Both the position numbers and the translations under genes were made by a program. The notes below the pieces were generated by a model. It had not been told where the DNA came from. It made no database searches and worked only from the letters and a program-made list of their open reading frames with translations. A DNA stretch of 64,000 bases, taken from assembly GCF_009914755.1 (NCBI RefSeq), contig NC_060926.1. One strand, 5' to 3'. This DNA is from the human T2T-CHM13v2.0 reference genome, Homo sapiens. This document shows, piece after piece, positions 1-14,080 of this stretch. Every line of letters begins with the position of its first letter. Positions within the stretch are counted from its first letter, which is position 1.

Positions 1-784
1 CTTTAAATATTTAGCTGATATATGAACTAGGAAGTGAAATATATGTCTCAATACTTAAATATTTTTCTATTTGAAAAAGGGAATAAGTAATATTATTAAA
101 ACTTAGATTATGAGATACTGTAGAAACAAATTCCCTGGAATTGTTGGTGCTTTTATATTGCAATTATTTTGTTTAGAATTATACATCAGAAGAAAACAAC
201 TATTAATACCTTTTCTATGGCTTAACCTTTGTTAAGCCATACTGGTTTATACATAATGGTTTATACTGGTTCCCTGTCTTTAAAATAAGAGGCCTATTCT
301 CGGTGGTCTCTGAGCCAATGAATTCCTTCCAGTCTTTGAACTTATAAATTTACTAGTCAAGGCTTGAAAATTCCAAGTATTTTTTTTGGGGCGGGGGGTG
401 GTAATGAGGGGAAGGTGGGAGGAGAACTATTTTAGAGTGAGAAAACAGCCTATTCAAAAATAATGTTCAAATCAATATAAAATTCTCAGGCTTTTTTTTC
501 CCCCCTACCAAGAGTATTTCTTTTACCTTGGAGATGAAAGACCTTTTTCTTAAATTTGTTCATAAATTAATGAATTTTCAGGCTACATGGCAAGACATTG
601 GAATAACGGGTAGATTGGGGAATTCAAAATATGATGTTTTGTTGAATAGACTTTCTGCTTGGGGATGCACAGTAACAGGGGAATCCTGCAGAATTGCCGA
701 ATCTATTATTCCTACCCTACAGCAGAGATTTCCTCTTTCAAGAGCTCAAAGCCCTAAGGATCTTTGAGGTTCTAGGTGCTGTAG

Positions 785-2040
<1,256 letters not shown>

Positions 2041-2289
2041 ATGTTGAATAACTGGTAGTCAGTTAGCTACATGTTCTATTGGTAGGATAACCTGGCCTTC
2101 CCATCTTCTGGGACTTCTACACTCCTTTTGTTTTAGGATTTGTCCTTATTCTTCTGAGGAAACTAGACTTACTCTGAACAGCTTTTTGGTGGTCTTCATT
2201 TGTTTAGCTGTAGAGATGGCATGTGCAAAAGGAACAATTAGGTATTTCAGTTTGAAAAAGTCACATTTTTGGAAGCAAAGATATTATTT

Positions 2290-5200
2290 TCATTTTTATG
2301 TAAATACCTTGGAAGTATATCACACGTGCAGAAAAGTACACAAGTTAAGTATAGCTGGTGAGACAGGAGAGTCCCTGACTCCCTCGCAGGACTTGCGATG
2401 AGGGGTGGCTCCTTTGCAGCCGAGCTCAAACCGCTTGTGGGAGGGGGAGCACGCAGGTGAGCAGGTGCAGGACCTGGGGCAAGTGCCTTTAGGTGCTGGC
2501 AGGACCAAACCCAGTAACCGGGCCCGTGGTAGCAATCAGTGGTTGCCCGCAACTTCTGGAGCCCCAGAGGTTGTGTATTACAAACAATGCCCTTTTGGTT
2601 GTTGCCTTCAACAGAGAGCTAAGCCTTAACCAGCTCAGTGGAGAGTCAGGGTGACATATACCCTGCCCTCTTGGTACCCGGGTTCTTGTCTGGCATCCAG
2701 GAAGAATCAGGTCACACGGACTTGAAGGATGTTGAATGCAGAGGTTTTATTGACTGATGGAGGTGGCTGTCAGTGGAAAAGGAGCTAGAGCGGGGATGGT
2801 GCGGGAAGAAAGTAGTCTTTCCTTGAAGCCTGGCTGACTCCAGCCGGGTCGTCTCCGAAGTCGTGTGGTCTGACATTAAGCCGCGTCTAGCCTTAGTCTC
2901 TGATGCGCAGTTGCTTCTAGTCTCTGATGCGCAGTTGCTTCTCCTCTCGATGTTCAGCCGCTTGTCTCTCTGCCAGCTGAGCTCTGAGGTTTATAGGAGC
3001 ACGAGATACGGAGGCTGGGTGGGCCAAAAAGTAGCATTTGAGCTGGAAAACGGATAACTGTTTTCATTTAGGGCTGCAGATTCCAGGCTCGAGGGTGGGT
3101 TCTTTGCCAGGGAGCTGCCCTCTTCTATCCAGTATTTCCCTGCCTCCTGTCGGTATCGCTAACATACAGATCAAGAAATAGAACATTGCCCTAGAAGCCG
3201 CTTCATGCCTCTTTCTACTCACCACCCTTCCCCCTCACAAGGAGTAACCAGTCTCGTGACTTCTACATTGTGAATTAATTATGCCTCTTTTTGAACTTGT
3301 TATGCATGTAATCATACAAAAGGTGCTTGTTTTGTATTTGGCTCTTTTTATGCAATTTCATGTTGCGAGATTTACTCATGTTGTCGCATAAACTTGTAGT
3401 TTTGTTCATTCTTGCTGTATAGTATTCCATTGCATGGACATACTGTAGTTTATACATTCTACTGGTTACGAATATTTGAGCTATTTCCAGATTTTTAGGT
3501 ATTAAAAATAATCCTGCTATGAATATTCTGTGTGTCGTTTGGTTAGGTATATATTCATAGCAGGATTTGATATATACCCAGATTTCTGTTAGATGTATAC
3601 CCAGAAGTGGAATTGCTGAGTTATGTGTGATGTTCATTCAGCTTTATGGCATGTTTATGTTCAGTTACTGCCAGTTTTCCAAAGTGATTGTATACATTTA
3701 CACTTTTACCCTTAGTGTACTAGAATTCTAGTTGCTTTGTATTCTCACAATCCTTACCCTAACCCCAGTCAATTTGGACAAGATCAATATCTTCACAATA
3801 GTGAGCTTTTCAATCTATGATAGTCTTCTTTAATTTTTCCTAATATTTTATAATTTTAAATCATAAATGTTTTGCATATTTTCATTAGACTCATTCATAA
3901 GTATTTGATTTTATGCTATTGTAAATGTTACAATTTTTTTTTAATTTTTTTTAATCTTTAACTGGTTTTCTTTGTTTAGTTATTGGTTTGCCTTATTTAC
4001 TAAGATACTTCTATACTGTGATTTGGTGGTGCCTATTCTCAAATGCTTTTTCTGCATCCATTGTGGTGATCATTTGATCTTTATCATTTTTTCTATATTA
4101 ATTTATGAATAACTTAGGTTGATTTTTGACTTTTAAATAACTCTTGCATGACTGTAATAATTTCCACTTGGTTATCATGTATTATTCCTTATAGACATCA
4201 CTGAATTTGATTTACAAATGTTTAAGATTTTTACCTACATATGTAGATTTTTACCTACATATCCATGAGAAAGAGAGAGACTGGGATATTATTTTCTTGT
4301 AATATCCTTGTAAGGATATTGGTATCAAATTTATGCTATCTTTTTTAAAAAAAGCTGAGAGAATTTTTCTCTTTTTCTAGTCTCTAGAAGTATTTATATA
4401 AAAGATTGGCATTATTTGTTCCTTAAATATTAGGAAGATTTTACCTGTGATGTCATCTGAGCTTGGAATTTTCCTTTTGAAGAAACATTTGGAAGGTTTT
4501 GAAACAATAAATTCAATTTAATTCTTGTTGTTTTTGTATTAATCATATTTTGTATTTTTACTGTCCATTTTGTTGTATTTTTCGAAGAATTCGTTCATTT
4601 TATAAAAATTGTTAAATTTATAGGTCCAAGGTTTTTAGAATATTCTCTTCAGTATCTGTAGGATCTATAATGGTTTTGCTTGCCTTTGTTCCTTCCTGAT
4701 ATTGGAAATTTATTTTATTTTTCTTGATTGGTTCTGCTATGAATTTACTAGTTTTGTCAAGCTTTTCATAAAACCAACTTTGATTTTTATTTGTTGTTTT
4801 TTTATTTCATTGTTCTTTGCTCTTTATTTTCTTCACTGTGTCTTTGGATTTCATTAGCTGTTTTTTTTCTAGCTTTTTGATCAATTTTTTTTACTTGTTA
4901 ATATGTGCATTAAAGACCATAACTGACACATTTGGCACTGATTTACCTGCATTCCACACATTTTTGCTATTTTAATTACTAGAAGTATTTTCTCATTGCC
5001 TTTATTTTTCATCTATGGATTTTTCAGTACTGTATTTCCTAATTTCCAAACAGCTGGGCATTTTTGAGATATTTTTCTGTGGTTGATTCTACTGTGATAA
5101 GAGAACATATTTTAAATGATTTCAGACCTTTGAAATTTGGTACACGTTCCATGTACACTTATAAAGTATGTTCTAATCTTTTCGGTTACACTATTTGTGT

Positions 5201-5525
5201 GTGTGTGTGCAAATATAATACAAATAAGTTAGGCTACATTTGTTACTTGTGTCAGTCAGATGATTTATATCTTCTTCAATTTTTTGTTTCCTATCAAGTC
5301 TCCCAATTCATGTTTTTAAAATATTTTTTAAAGATCTGTTCATTTTGACAGTATATGTATTAAAGTTATATTATTGGGTACGTACAGATTTAACATTGTT
5401 ATCTTTCTGTTAGATTGAGCCTTTTATCATGATTGAATATCCCACTTTATCTTTATTAATACTTCTTTCCTTGAAGTCTCCTTTATCTGATATTAGGATT
5501 AGTATGGCCATACCAACTTTCTTTT
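2290..5525 (-). mobile_element. Old L1M (L1ME/MD-like) 3' UTR and ORF2 fragments, interrupted by an LTR
   Basis: gaagtatatcacacgtgcagaaaagtacacaag, cagatcaagaatagaacatt, cccagaagtggaattgctg; the ORF-track peptide THNSAIPLLGIHLTE resembles the L1 ORF2 C-terminus. Confidence 0.8.
2359..3158 (-). mobile_element. ERV1 solo LTR, LTR1/LTR27/LTR28 (HUERS-P2/MER52-related) family
   Basis: Minus strand begins cgataccgacaggaggcagggaaatactggatagaagagggc and ends ...ctctcctgtctca. GC/CpG-rich, about 800 bp, with minus-strand TATA (about 2990) and AATAAA (about 2746-2751). Confidence 0.8.
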
Positions 5526-6559
5526 GATAGAATCATAGATTTTTAGATCTGGAAGTAAATATATGTATGGACTAATTCTCCCTCATTTTATATGTAATTA
5601 AAGGTTTATAATTCTATTGGACTTGCTAGGTGTTACTTTCAACCCAGCATAAAAACTCCGGGTCCCATTCTAGTTCTGCTGAATTCTTTGGAAACATACT
5701 GTAGTTAATTCAAACAGCCTCAGCCCATGTTCTTCTACTAGGCTTTTCTCCTGAAGTTTACACTTGGTTGATCTATTTTAGGAAGGTGAAGGCGTGTTCT
5801 GAAGCCAGTTAGGGCTGGTTCATAATAAACTGTATATTCATCACTGCCTTTTCTGGCTTGATTCTTTCCTTTCACGTGTCAGTGCTGCTCTGCTAGGCTT
5901 TGTTTGGGTGTCATTTTCCAAAACTCTTGTTTTTCCCTGCACTGCTCTGTGGCTGGCTACTCAGAGGCTCCTGTTCTCTGTCTGCCCCAAACAGTCTGCA
6001 GACATGCTCTGTCACCTTCTCCTTCCTGGGTGCATTGTGGGGCATCTGATTCTCATTTGGTCTTGGGTAGAGGGGAGAATGCCCCCAGGAGATTATTATA
6101 AAAGTAATTAAGTGTTATGTGCAAGTACATTTTTGTAATTCTCTATCTAATTTCTGGTGCTTCAAACTCCCTCTCTATTCTTGGCAGTAAGATCTTTTTC
6201 CACTGTTTCCAAAACCCTTAAGTCTATGATTATGAAGATTATATTTTGAAGGTTTCCCCACTTAATTCTCATTTGTGAAGCATGGGACAGACCCACTTAA
6301 GCAAAGAATTTGGGGCCTTCCATTGTCACCCCCCATGTCTCTGCATTTTGACCTCTATGAGGTGCATCATACAAAAGGCCATCCAGTCTCCAGGCTCACT
6401 AATGATGATGCACCCGAGGCCCAGAATAATGGCAACTTGCCTGGGTACGTATGCTTATGTAGGGATAGAAATGGACCTGATTCCCTGCCTGATTCCTTGG
6501 TAATTGTGCTTTGTATTAAGTTATTTAATAACAAAATATTTTCTGTGTTTAAAAAAAAA

Positions 6560-6735
6560 TCCCACCTTGGCTTTGCTGCTTATTCAGTGTCTGAACTTCG
6601 GAAAGTTAATTCACCTACCTTGGTTTTCTCATCTGTAAGATGGATTAACTGTTTTATGAGGCATTTTGAGGATAAATGAGTTAATCATACAAAACACATA
6701 GTACCTATAGTACCTGACCTATAGGTAAAATCTCA
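6560..6735 (+). mobile_element. MIR
   Basis: Core ggttttctcatctgtaagatgg...gaggataaatgagttaat. Confidence 0.7.
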
Positions 6736-9700
6736 TTTTGTGGATATGTGCCACCAAATTCATGAAGTTAAATTCTATAAAGAAAATTCCGTTTTGTTTT
6801 TACCTTCCATTTGACCATTGCTGTTGTGTTCCAGTAGGTAAGATTCTTCTAGTAAAAACATTAAGCCACCAGGAAACCAGTTGCATGGCTGAGAACTGTA
6901 ATTCATGTAGCCCCTCTCCAAAAATCGGCTTTTCCTTTGCAGCACTCTCCCCACTTTGGGACCTCGCTGCCATTGCAGGCTGTTTTTTCTTCTTGGACTA
7001 CAGGCATCTTGCTTGGGCCCCTCCAAGTTTTCCCTTTCTTGTGTTTATTGGCATAATCCCAGTTCATGGTAGTCACAGCATTATAGTATGTGGGTTGCCA
7101 GTCTACTCCTTTAGGTATTACAAGTGGAAAATTATTGTACTTCAAACATGGTTAATGTAAATTTTCTAATGCATAAGGTAAAATTTCATGTCATCTACCC
7201 ATAGTGAAGGTCTTTTGGTGCTATTAGTATTAAAGCCTATTTGGAACCATTTTTACATTTGATCATTAAAAATAACTCTTCTTCCTGTAATGCCTGTGTT
7301 TTTGTTTTGCTTTCCTTTTGCAATTCATTCTCATAGGCTAGTTTTAGTTTTAAAATTTTAGTAGCATTTAAATTAACTCTTTTATTTTAAAAACAGATAC
7401 AATAATGTCAAAAGTGGAGAAAACATAATTATAACATTATTTTTCAATAATGATCCTAGGAGTATAAGTAATAAGACATTGCATAGCAAAATGAACACAT
7501 ATATTAGAGATATTTTCAAAATAATTTAAAAGCTATGTGTACCACAGTTACTTGTGCAATATAAAGGCAAGTTAAGTGTCATAATCATAAAAATATAGTA
7601 ATTTTTTCCCAGTGACAGTATGAACCAGAACACATATGTGAACACCTTTTCATATCTGATCAGTTTTATTCCTGATGGCAATAAAACCATGTAAATGAAA
7701 TGCAAAATGTTGACTGCAATGTAATGGTTGAAATTTTTACATGCATTAAAGAGTCAGGATAAATTTATGGTCTTACGATGGCTGTAGGTTGCATATTTTG
7801 TATGTACATTTTTGAGTGATCAATAGCACCATGGCCAAAATACCATGGGGACAAAAATCACAGTTGGTATGTACTGTGGTTTATTGACATTTTGCCCCCT
7901 CTCAGATGTGTAAAATATTAACCCTGAGACTGATTTCCTATGGCTTGTCTGTTTTTGTTCAGGGTTAGGTGTAGATATATGCCCATCATTAGCCTACTCT
8001 TTTCTTCTTTGGAATGTATAAAATGGCAATATCAATGTGGAATAGGGAGTTCAAATTGTAGTCTTTCCATATTCTGACACCATGTTTTTCACTTAAAATT
8101 TTTGGGTCAAATACATGTTTCCAAAATGTATCAAGATACTTTTTTACTTCATTTAGTTCTGAGCTCTTTTGAATCAAATTAGAGAACAGTGTCTTAGTTT
8201 CAACTCCGTGTCTTATTTTCCACAATGTCTTGGATCCCAGTGTGCGTGAGGGAGGAATGGATGTGATGCGGCAACCCCATCTTGCTGCCATTTGTTTGAT
8301 ATTCCCTTTGCCACTGATCAAATCCTATCTTTGGCTATTTTTTGAGTTACTTTATTTTAAATTAGGACTCTTTGGTTTTCTTCTCTCTGTGTTTCCACCT
8401 CTAGGCAGGAAGGTGTACTTTAACTTACTGCAGTTGTGAAGGATGATTATTTACCTCCATCGTAGGTGATAAAATCTGCTTTTACAAACTGAACTTGAGA
8501 AAAAAGCAGATAACTGATAGATGCCTGCTTTTAAGTACAAATATACTATAAAGAAAACTCTTTAGAATACATTACTTTTTATAAACATGGTTAAAATCAA
8601 CAGATTTCATCTACAGAGCTAGGTAATATATCAAAAAACTCAATGGAAGTTTATAGAAATTAATTAAATTGAACTCTTTTTATAAGCAGACTTTTTACAA
8701 GGAATAAATAATACTTAATATTTCCGTCAGAAGTCCTGGGTAGATTTGAAGAAATATGTTGCTTGCGGCATGGCCATAACAAAAAAGATTTAATTCCCAA
8801 ATATTGCTGGGGGAGAGCTGTATTGTCCAGTGGCCATTACATAGTTTTCTCTATGCTAGGATCCTCCCTTTTTGAAATCTGGCCTATTATACTTAGCTCA
8901 TCTTTTACAGCACAATTACTTCGGGTTGGCAAAGACCTCTGGTTAAAGAAACTGAATAATGAGAGTTGTGTGTCTTTCTTACCTGATTATACTCCCACTG
9001 CTTATATCTTTGAGATCTCTATCTGTGCCACAGAGTCAGGCATTTAAAGTTTCCTAGTAAATCATTGGTGTTTGCACCTATAAACTCAGTATTAGAAGTA
9101 AACAAAACTCCTTTTATTTTACTTGAAATTCAATACTGTATGGAGAACTTAATTTTGAAATGTCTAAAGCCTAACTAAGGAGAATTCCTTTAGATTTTTA
9201 AAGCCTATCACTTTACCAAGTTGTATTACTGGAAAGCTATGTACTTGGGTCACATTTTAGTAGCTCTCCAAATAGATGCCTTAAAAAAGTATTGTTTAAT
9301 AGTATGCCCTTACTGTTTATTGGGGGTCAGCTAAAAAGAAGACTGTATGACAACCATTTCTATTAGCTTTTATGAAATTGAAATTGAATTCCGTGGGTTA
9401 TATTAGTTCTTATCCCTAATAAAGATTTGTATGGGAAAGGCTTAGAGCTGTATCCTAGAAGAATTTCCATCTTTCTTTTTTAACAAACTGGTATCTGTTC
9501 GTTTATTGGATACCAAGTGTATTATAGCTCAAAAGTTTCCCACTTTGAGGGGCTTTCTAAGACTCACAGAACCAAATTGATTATAGCTTGGGGATTATGG
9601 TAAAACCTTACTCATGTTTTTCTTCACTTCATTCATTGGTTCATGTTCTTGTCCCATCGCTATAATGGTTCACTTTCATAGCTATCCTGGAAATAGGCAG

Positions 9701-10450
9701 TACGTAAGTAACTGAATGAGCTAGATTATTTAATTCTAAATTCTAGAATCAGAGTAAGCGGTTTTTAAAAGTAAGCAGTTTTTTAAAAAGCGATAGTTGA
9801 ACATCTCTTTAATTACTACCCCAACTCAGTGAATTCCCCATTCAACTCTGAACACAGTTTGAGTTGCTGCCATGCTGCAGGAAATGGCAAGCGAGGCTGG
9901 AGCTCCTGCTCTGTGCATCATTGCATATCTCAGAGTGAGGCTGCATGCTGAACATGGAGATTTAAACAGGTGAAGATGTTGGTGGCTACCCATTCCATTT
10001 ATATATTTTGTAGTGATAGCTATTACCATCACAGATTCTGCCTTTAGGGTTTTTTCCCTACAGCTTTGGAATCTGTTTGGACTTTTATTCCTAGTTTCAG
10101 AAAGTACCCTCAAGAAGATCTTTCTTTTCCAGAGTATTCTTGGAATTACCTGAGTTGTAGGTTATAAAAATTCCCTGAGTATGTTTTTCAAACAGTTTAT
10201 TTTTGCATTGCAATTTACCTTCCAGGAAAATTGATGAAATATGTATACCTTGATTCTCCGATTTAAGTTAAACAGGATAAAAATGCCAAGTATTTTTTTC
10301 CAAATAAATAGATAACATTTGTTTTCAGTGTTTAAAAATTTGATTACTAGAACATATTTTTAACAAGTTAACTTATGTCTCTTAACATTAAAATGTGTTT
10401 AACTTTTTAACATAGATTAGGTCATTAAACTTGTGTTTGTTCTACTATAG

Positions 10451-10552
10451 GGTCCTGGTTACTGGGTGAAGATTCATCACTTAGAATATACAGATGGAGG
10501 AATCCTGGATCCAGATGATGTCTTGGCAGATGTTGTTGAAGATAAAGACAAG
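10451..10552 (+). CDS. PARD3B: Internal coding exon (exon 2) of partitioning defective 3 homolog B; C-terminal half of the CR1/PB1-like oligomerisation domain, about residues 41-74
   Basis: Acceptor ttgtgtttgttctactatAG| and donor AAG|GTagat. 102 nt, phase 0-0, translating to [34 protein letters not shown], which matches the remembered PARD3B N-terminus; the paralog PARD3 reads [34 protein letters not shown]. Confidence 0.96.
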
Positions 10553-11680
10553 GTAGATAACTCTAAAAATGTGCCTCTTTGTTTTCCTCTACAGAGCTGC
10601 ATGTTTTCAAGAGACTGAAATCCTTAACAAACTCATGTGTCAATTATTATTAAAAGATACCATCTGTTCAGGTTTCACCTGGACAGCCCATAAATCAAAG
10701 TTCTTCATCAGATGTTTGGAAAAACTGTGTTAAGGTTTGGGAATCTGTTTGTGTTGGCCTAATTAGCAGACACTTCATTCCCAAGAGTTTCTGATATGTC
10801 TTAATAAATTAGTTTCATATGTGAGGCTGTTGGAATCATCATTGTCGTTGCTGGCTCTGTAGTTTATTCCTGGCCCTTGCTAACTATTCAACTAAATGCC
10901 TGAGGCGTGAATGTGTTTCAAAGTAGAGAATACAATGGGGCAGCAAGTTTTATGAAGAATTACAGTGAAGATTTTTCTGAAAGTAGCTGGCAAACAACTA
11001 TCTTGAGTGATAGTCTTATTTTCACTGCTACAGTAAAAGGCACTAAATTGAATACTCCAAAAAGTTTGAGCGTGTTCTGCCACTTATTTGGGAATAATCT
11101 CGTTGCAAATATCTTGTTTTAATGAGATTTTTCTTCTGAGACTATACAGAGGAAGGTGTGAAAGTATACTATTTCATTGCAATACACACGATTATTGCTG
11201 TTGAGACAGGTTTAATACTACAGGTTTGGCTCCTGTCATCAATGGCTAATGTGTTTTCCAAAACCGAACTCTGTCAGAGAGATCTAGCTTTCAAAGTTTC
11301 TTCTATTATACATCTTTAGTGCTGTTTGTACAAGGCTAATTTATATTTGGAAACATGTTTCTCTATATTTTTTCCCTGTAATCTCAGGGGTGTGTATGTG
11401 TACATTTTTGTGTTTTACCTAACTGGACTGGAATATAAATAAGTGATTTATTAAACTCAGGTGAAGTTTATATTTTTCTTTTTCCATAAGATCTCTTCAG
11501 ACTGTTCAAACTTACATTAATCTTTGCAGACATCTTATACATTTACTTTTCATATTTTATTTTGTAATTAAAACCTGTTTTGCTTTATGTTGTTATTAGC
11601 GATTTTATAGTCTATTTAGGGAGATAACTAACTAAGTTTTATAGTCTATCTAGGGAAATAACTAGCTATCTAGATAAACC

Positions 11681-11825
11681 TAGTTATCTCCCTAAATAGA
11701 TTGTAAGCTCCTAGTGGACATGGACTTGGGAGATTTTTATTTGTGTGTTTTTGTTAGTAGTATCTGGTATAATATCTTACACAAACTTGATTCCCAAAAA
11801 TACTTACTGAATTAATGAGTGAAAA
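11681..11825 (+). mobile_element. L2 3' end fragment
   Basis: ctccctaaatagattgtaagctcc...aaatacttactgaattaatgagtgaa resembles the L2 3' terminus. Confidence 0.55.
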
Positions 11826-12567
11826 AGACAGCTTTACTTTCTACACTTGACTCTTGCTGTATGTAATTTTGATATATACTTCCTGTTTATTTAGTTGGTC
11901 TCAGGGTAAATAAAAGGGTAACTAATGTATTATTAACCTTCAGAACCCTGAAGAAGGGTTTTTAGTTCTTTCACCCTGTTTCACTTTCTGCTTCTTCCCT
12001 AGGGATCATCTTCTTCCTTTGAAATAATCCAGATATTTTAATTGTTTATTAATGTAGAAGGCAGTTCCTGTCTTAAATTTCACTGATGTCCAGAACATTA
12101 AAATGAAGGGCCAAAAAATGGCAAGTTTAGGAAGGACAAGAAGAAAATGTCTTACCCCAGCTTCATCCAATACCTCATTACTAGAAGGATAAGTCCATGA
12201 ACAGTGCCCAGGGAGATAATTTGTCCCATAGAGCTCTCACATTTAGAGCATTCTTTTAAACTATCTCAGCAATGCAGTTTATAACCATAATCCACTTACT
12301 ACACACAGAAACAGCTTTATTATATGTAATCTCTGTTTTAATGGGACTCTACCACCATTACTAAATAAGGTAAAAAAGTGAGATAATCAGTTAAAATCCT
12401 AGCTGAGGATTAGTACTGCTTGGGTTCGGCTTTAACAATTCTGTTAATGTACTTCAATATTTCTACATGATGCCTAATTGGTATTGTTCTGCAGAGTTTA
12501 TGACAATTTATACTTTTGATGTTGCTAGAAAAAATTGTGTTGCCATTTCTTCTTCTTAAAAAATACG

Positions 12568-12879
12568 TAAGTGGCACGGTGGCTCATGCCTGTAATCCTA
12601 GCACTTTGGGAGGCTAAGGTGGGTGGATCACGAGGTCAGGAGATCAGGATCATCCTGGCTAACACAGTGAAACCCCATCTCTACTAAAAATACAAAAAAA
12701 TTACACAGGAGTGGTGGCATGCACCTGTAATCCCAGCTACTCAGGAGGCTGAGGCACGAGAATCAATTCAACCCAGGAGGCAGAGGTTGCAGTGAGCCAA
12801 GATCACACCAGTGCAGGCCAGCCTGGGTGACAGAGCAAGACTCCATCTAAAAAAAAAAAAAAAAAAAGGTGAAAAAAAG
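12568..12879 (+). mobile_element. AluS (Sc/Sc8-like)
   Basis: ggcacggtggctcatgcctgtaat...gatcacgaggtcaggagatc...ctggctaacac, with poly-A tail. Confidence 0.95.
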
Positions 12880-13869
12880 AATTTCTTATTTTTCTGACAA
12901 CCTTGGTAATCTTAAGATTTCTTTATAGTCCATATGTCTATTGTGGAAAGAAGGCCCTGCCAAATTTCATTTTACCTTACTTTTTGGCAGTTTAGATTAA
13001 GAAGTAACTATAAGTGATGCTTTGTGGATGCTTAATGACATATCAGTCTCACTCAGGATCCTTTGAGGCGGTATTGAGCTTAGACAAAATAACAGTTCAC
13101 CTGTTTGCAAATTGGCTACCTAATAATCTTTGGCATTTAAAATGTGGATAGAGAACAAGTCCAAAGAGGCACGGATAGATGCACATAATCATTGTGCTAA
13201 CCCCAAAATATCTCACCTCCTAGGAAAGACTCTCACTCCAGGTGAGAAGTGGCATTAAGGAACTGTTGGTCTATTGCAGCATATCAGGCAGGAAAAACAG
13301 AAACTTAGAAAGCAGGGGAGGCTGGGCCATTTAGTGTATGGTAACACCATCCCATACACTTCAGTAAAGGTAGAAACTAGAGGTTAAATGATATTGTACT
13401 TCAAATTAGAGAAGGCTCTAACAAAGTTCAGCCAGTGTTCTTAAGAAATGACTTTTAAAACTTGTGCCTAAAGTGGTTTGTCTGTGGTCTTACTTCTATT
13501 ATTCCTTTGGCCAACATAGTGCTTGGCGCATACATGGTATCTGCTTGGGAGCTTTGGTTTTTTAAACTTGCTTTCCTAGTACAGCTTCCACGGGGACCAA
13601 GTCTCCACTGTGTTACACTACTTCTAGCCTATATGTGTCAAAATATTATTGGAACAGCTTTGGAATATTGCATCTTATGATAACTATTTGTATAAAATGT
13701 TGTGCTGAAACTTAATAATTATCTGGTTGTGACAGTTATTCTCAAGATTCTTCAGTTTGTCTATCAGTCTGATGATTCGAGTTCTTTGGGATAAATATCT
13801 AAGAATTGTAATTTTACACTCATGTCTCCTCTCTGGTTGCTAAAGGCTACCAACTTAGTTCACCCAATA

Positions 13870-14080
13870 GTAACAACCTAATCATTGATGACTAGCAATG
13901 GCCCAGAATGTCTTTGGCCCTTATTTATTCTACGTTATTTTAAAGCAATCCTGAAGACAAGAGCTAGTGTTATCCCTATTTTTAATTTCCAGAATAATCA
14001 CAGAAATTGTAAGTAACTTGCCCAAGATCACACAGGTAGTAAATGGCACAATCAGACTCTGGAACCTAGAATTTAAATTT
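13870..14080 (-). mobile_element. MIR
   Basis: aagtaacttgcccaagatcacacaggtagtaaatggca core. Confidence 0.7.

Noticed and set aside
3275-3637. 120-aa minus-strand ORF
   Set aside because: Decayed L1 ORF2 C-terminus running into the 3' UTR.
6275-7160. 134-aa and 140-aa ORFs
   Set aside because: Non-ATG starts, partial MIR overlap, no recognisable domain and no convincing splice boundaries.
7989-8321. 110-aa minus-strand ORF
   Set aside because: TTG start and no similarity I can recognise; possibly an old repeat, which I could not identify.
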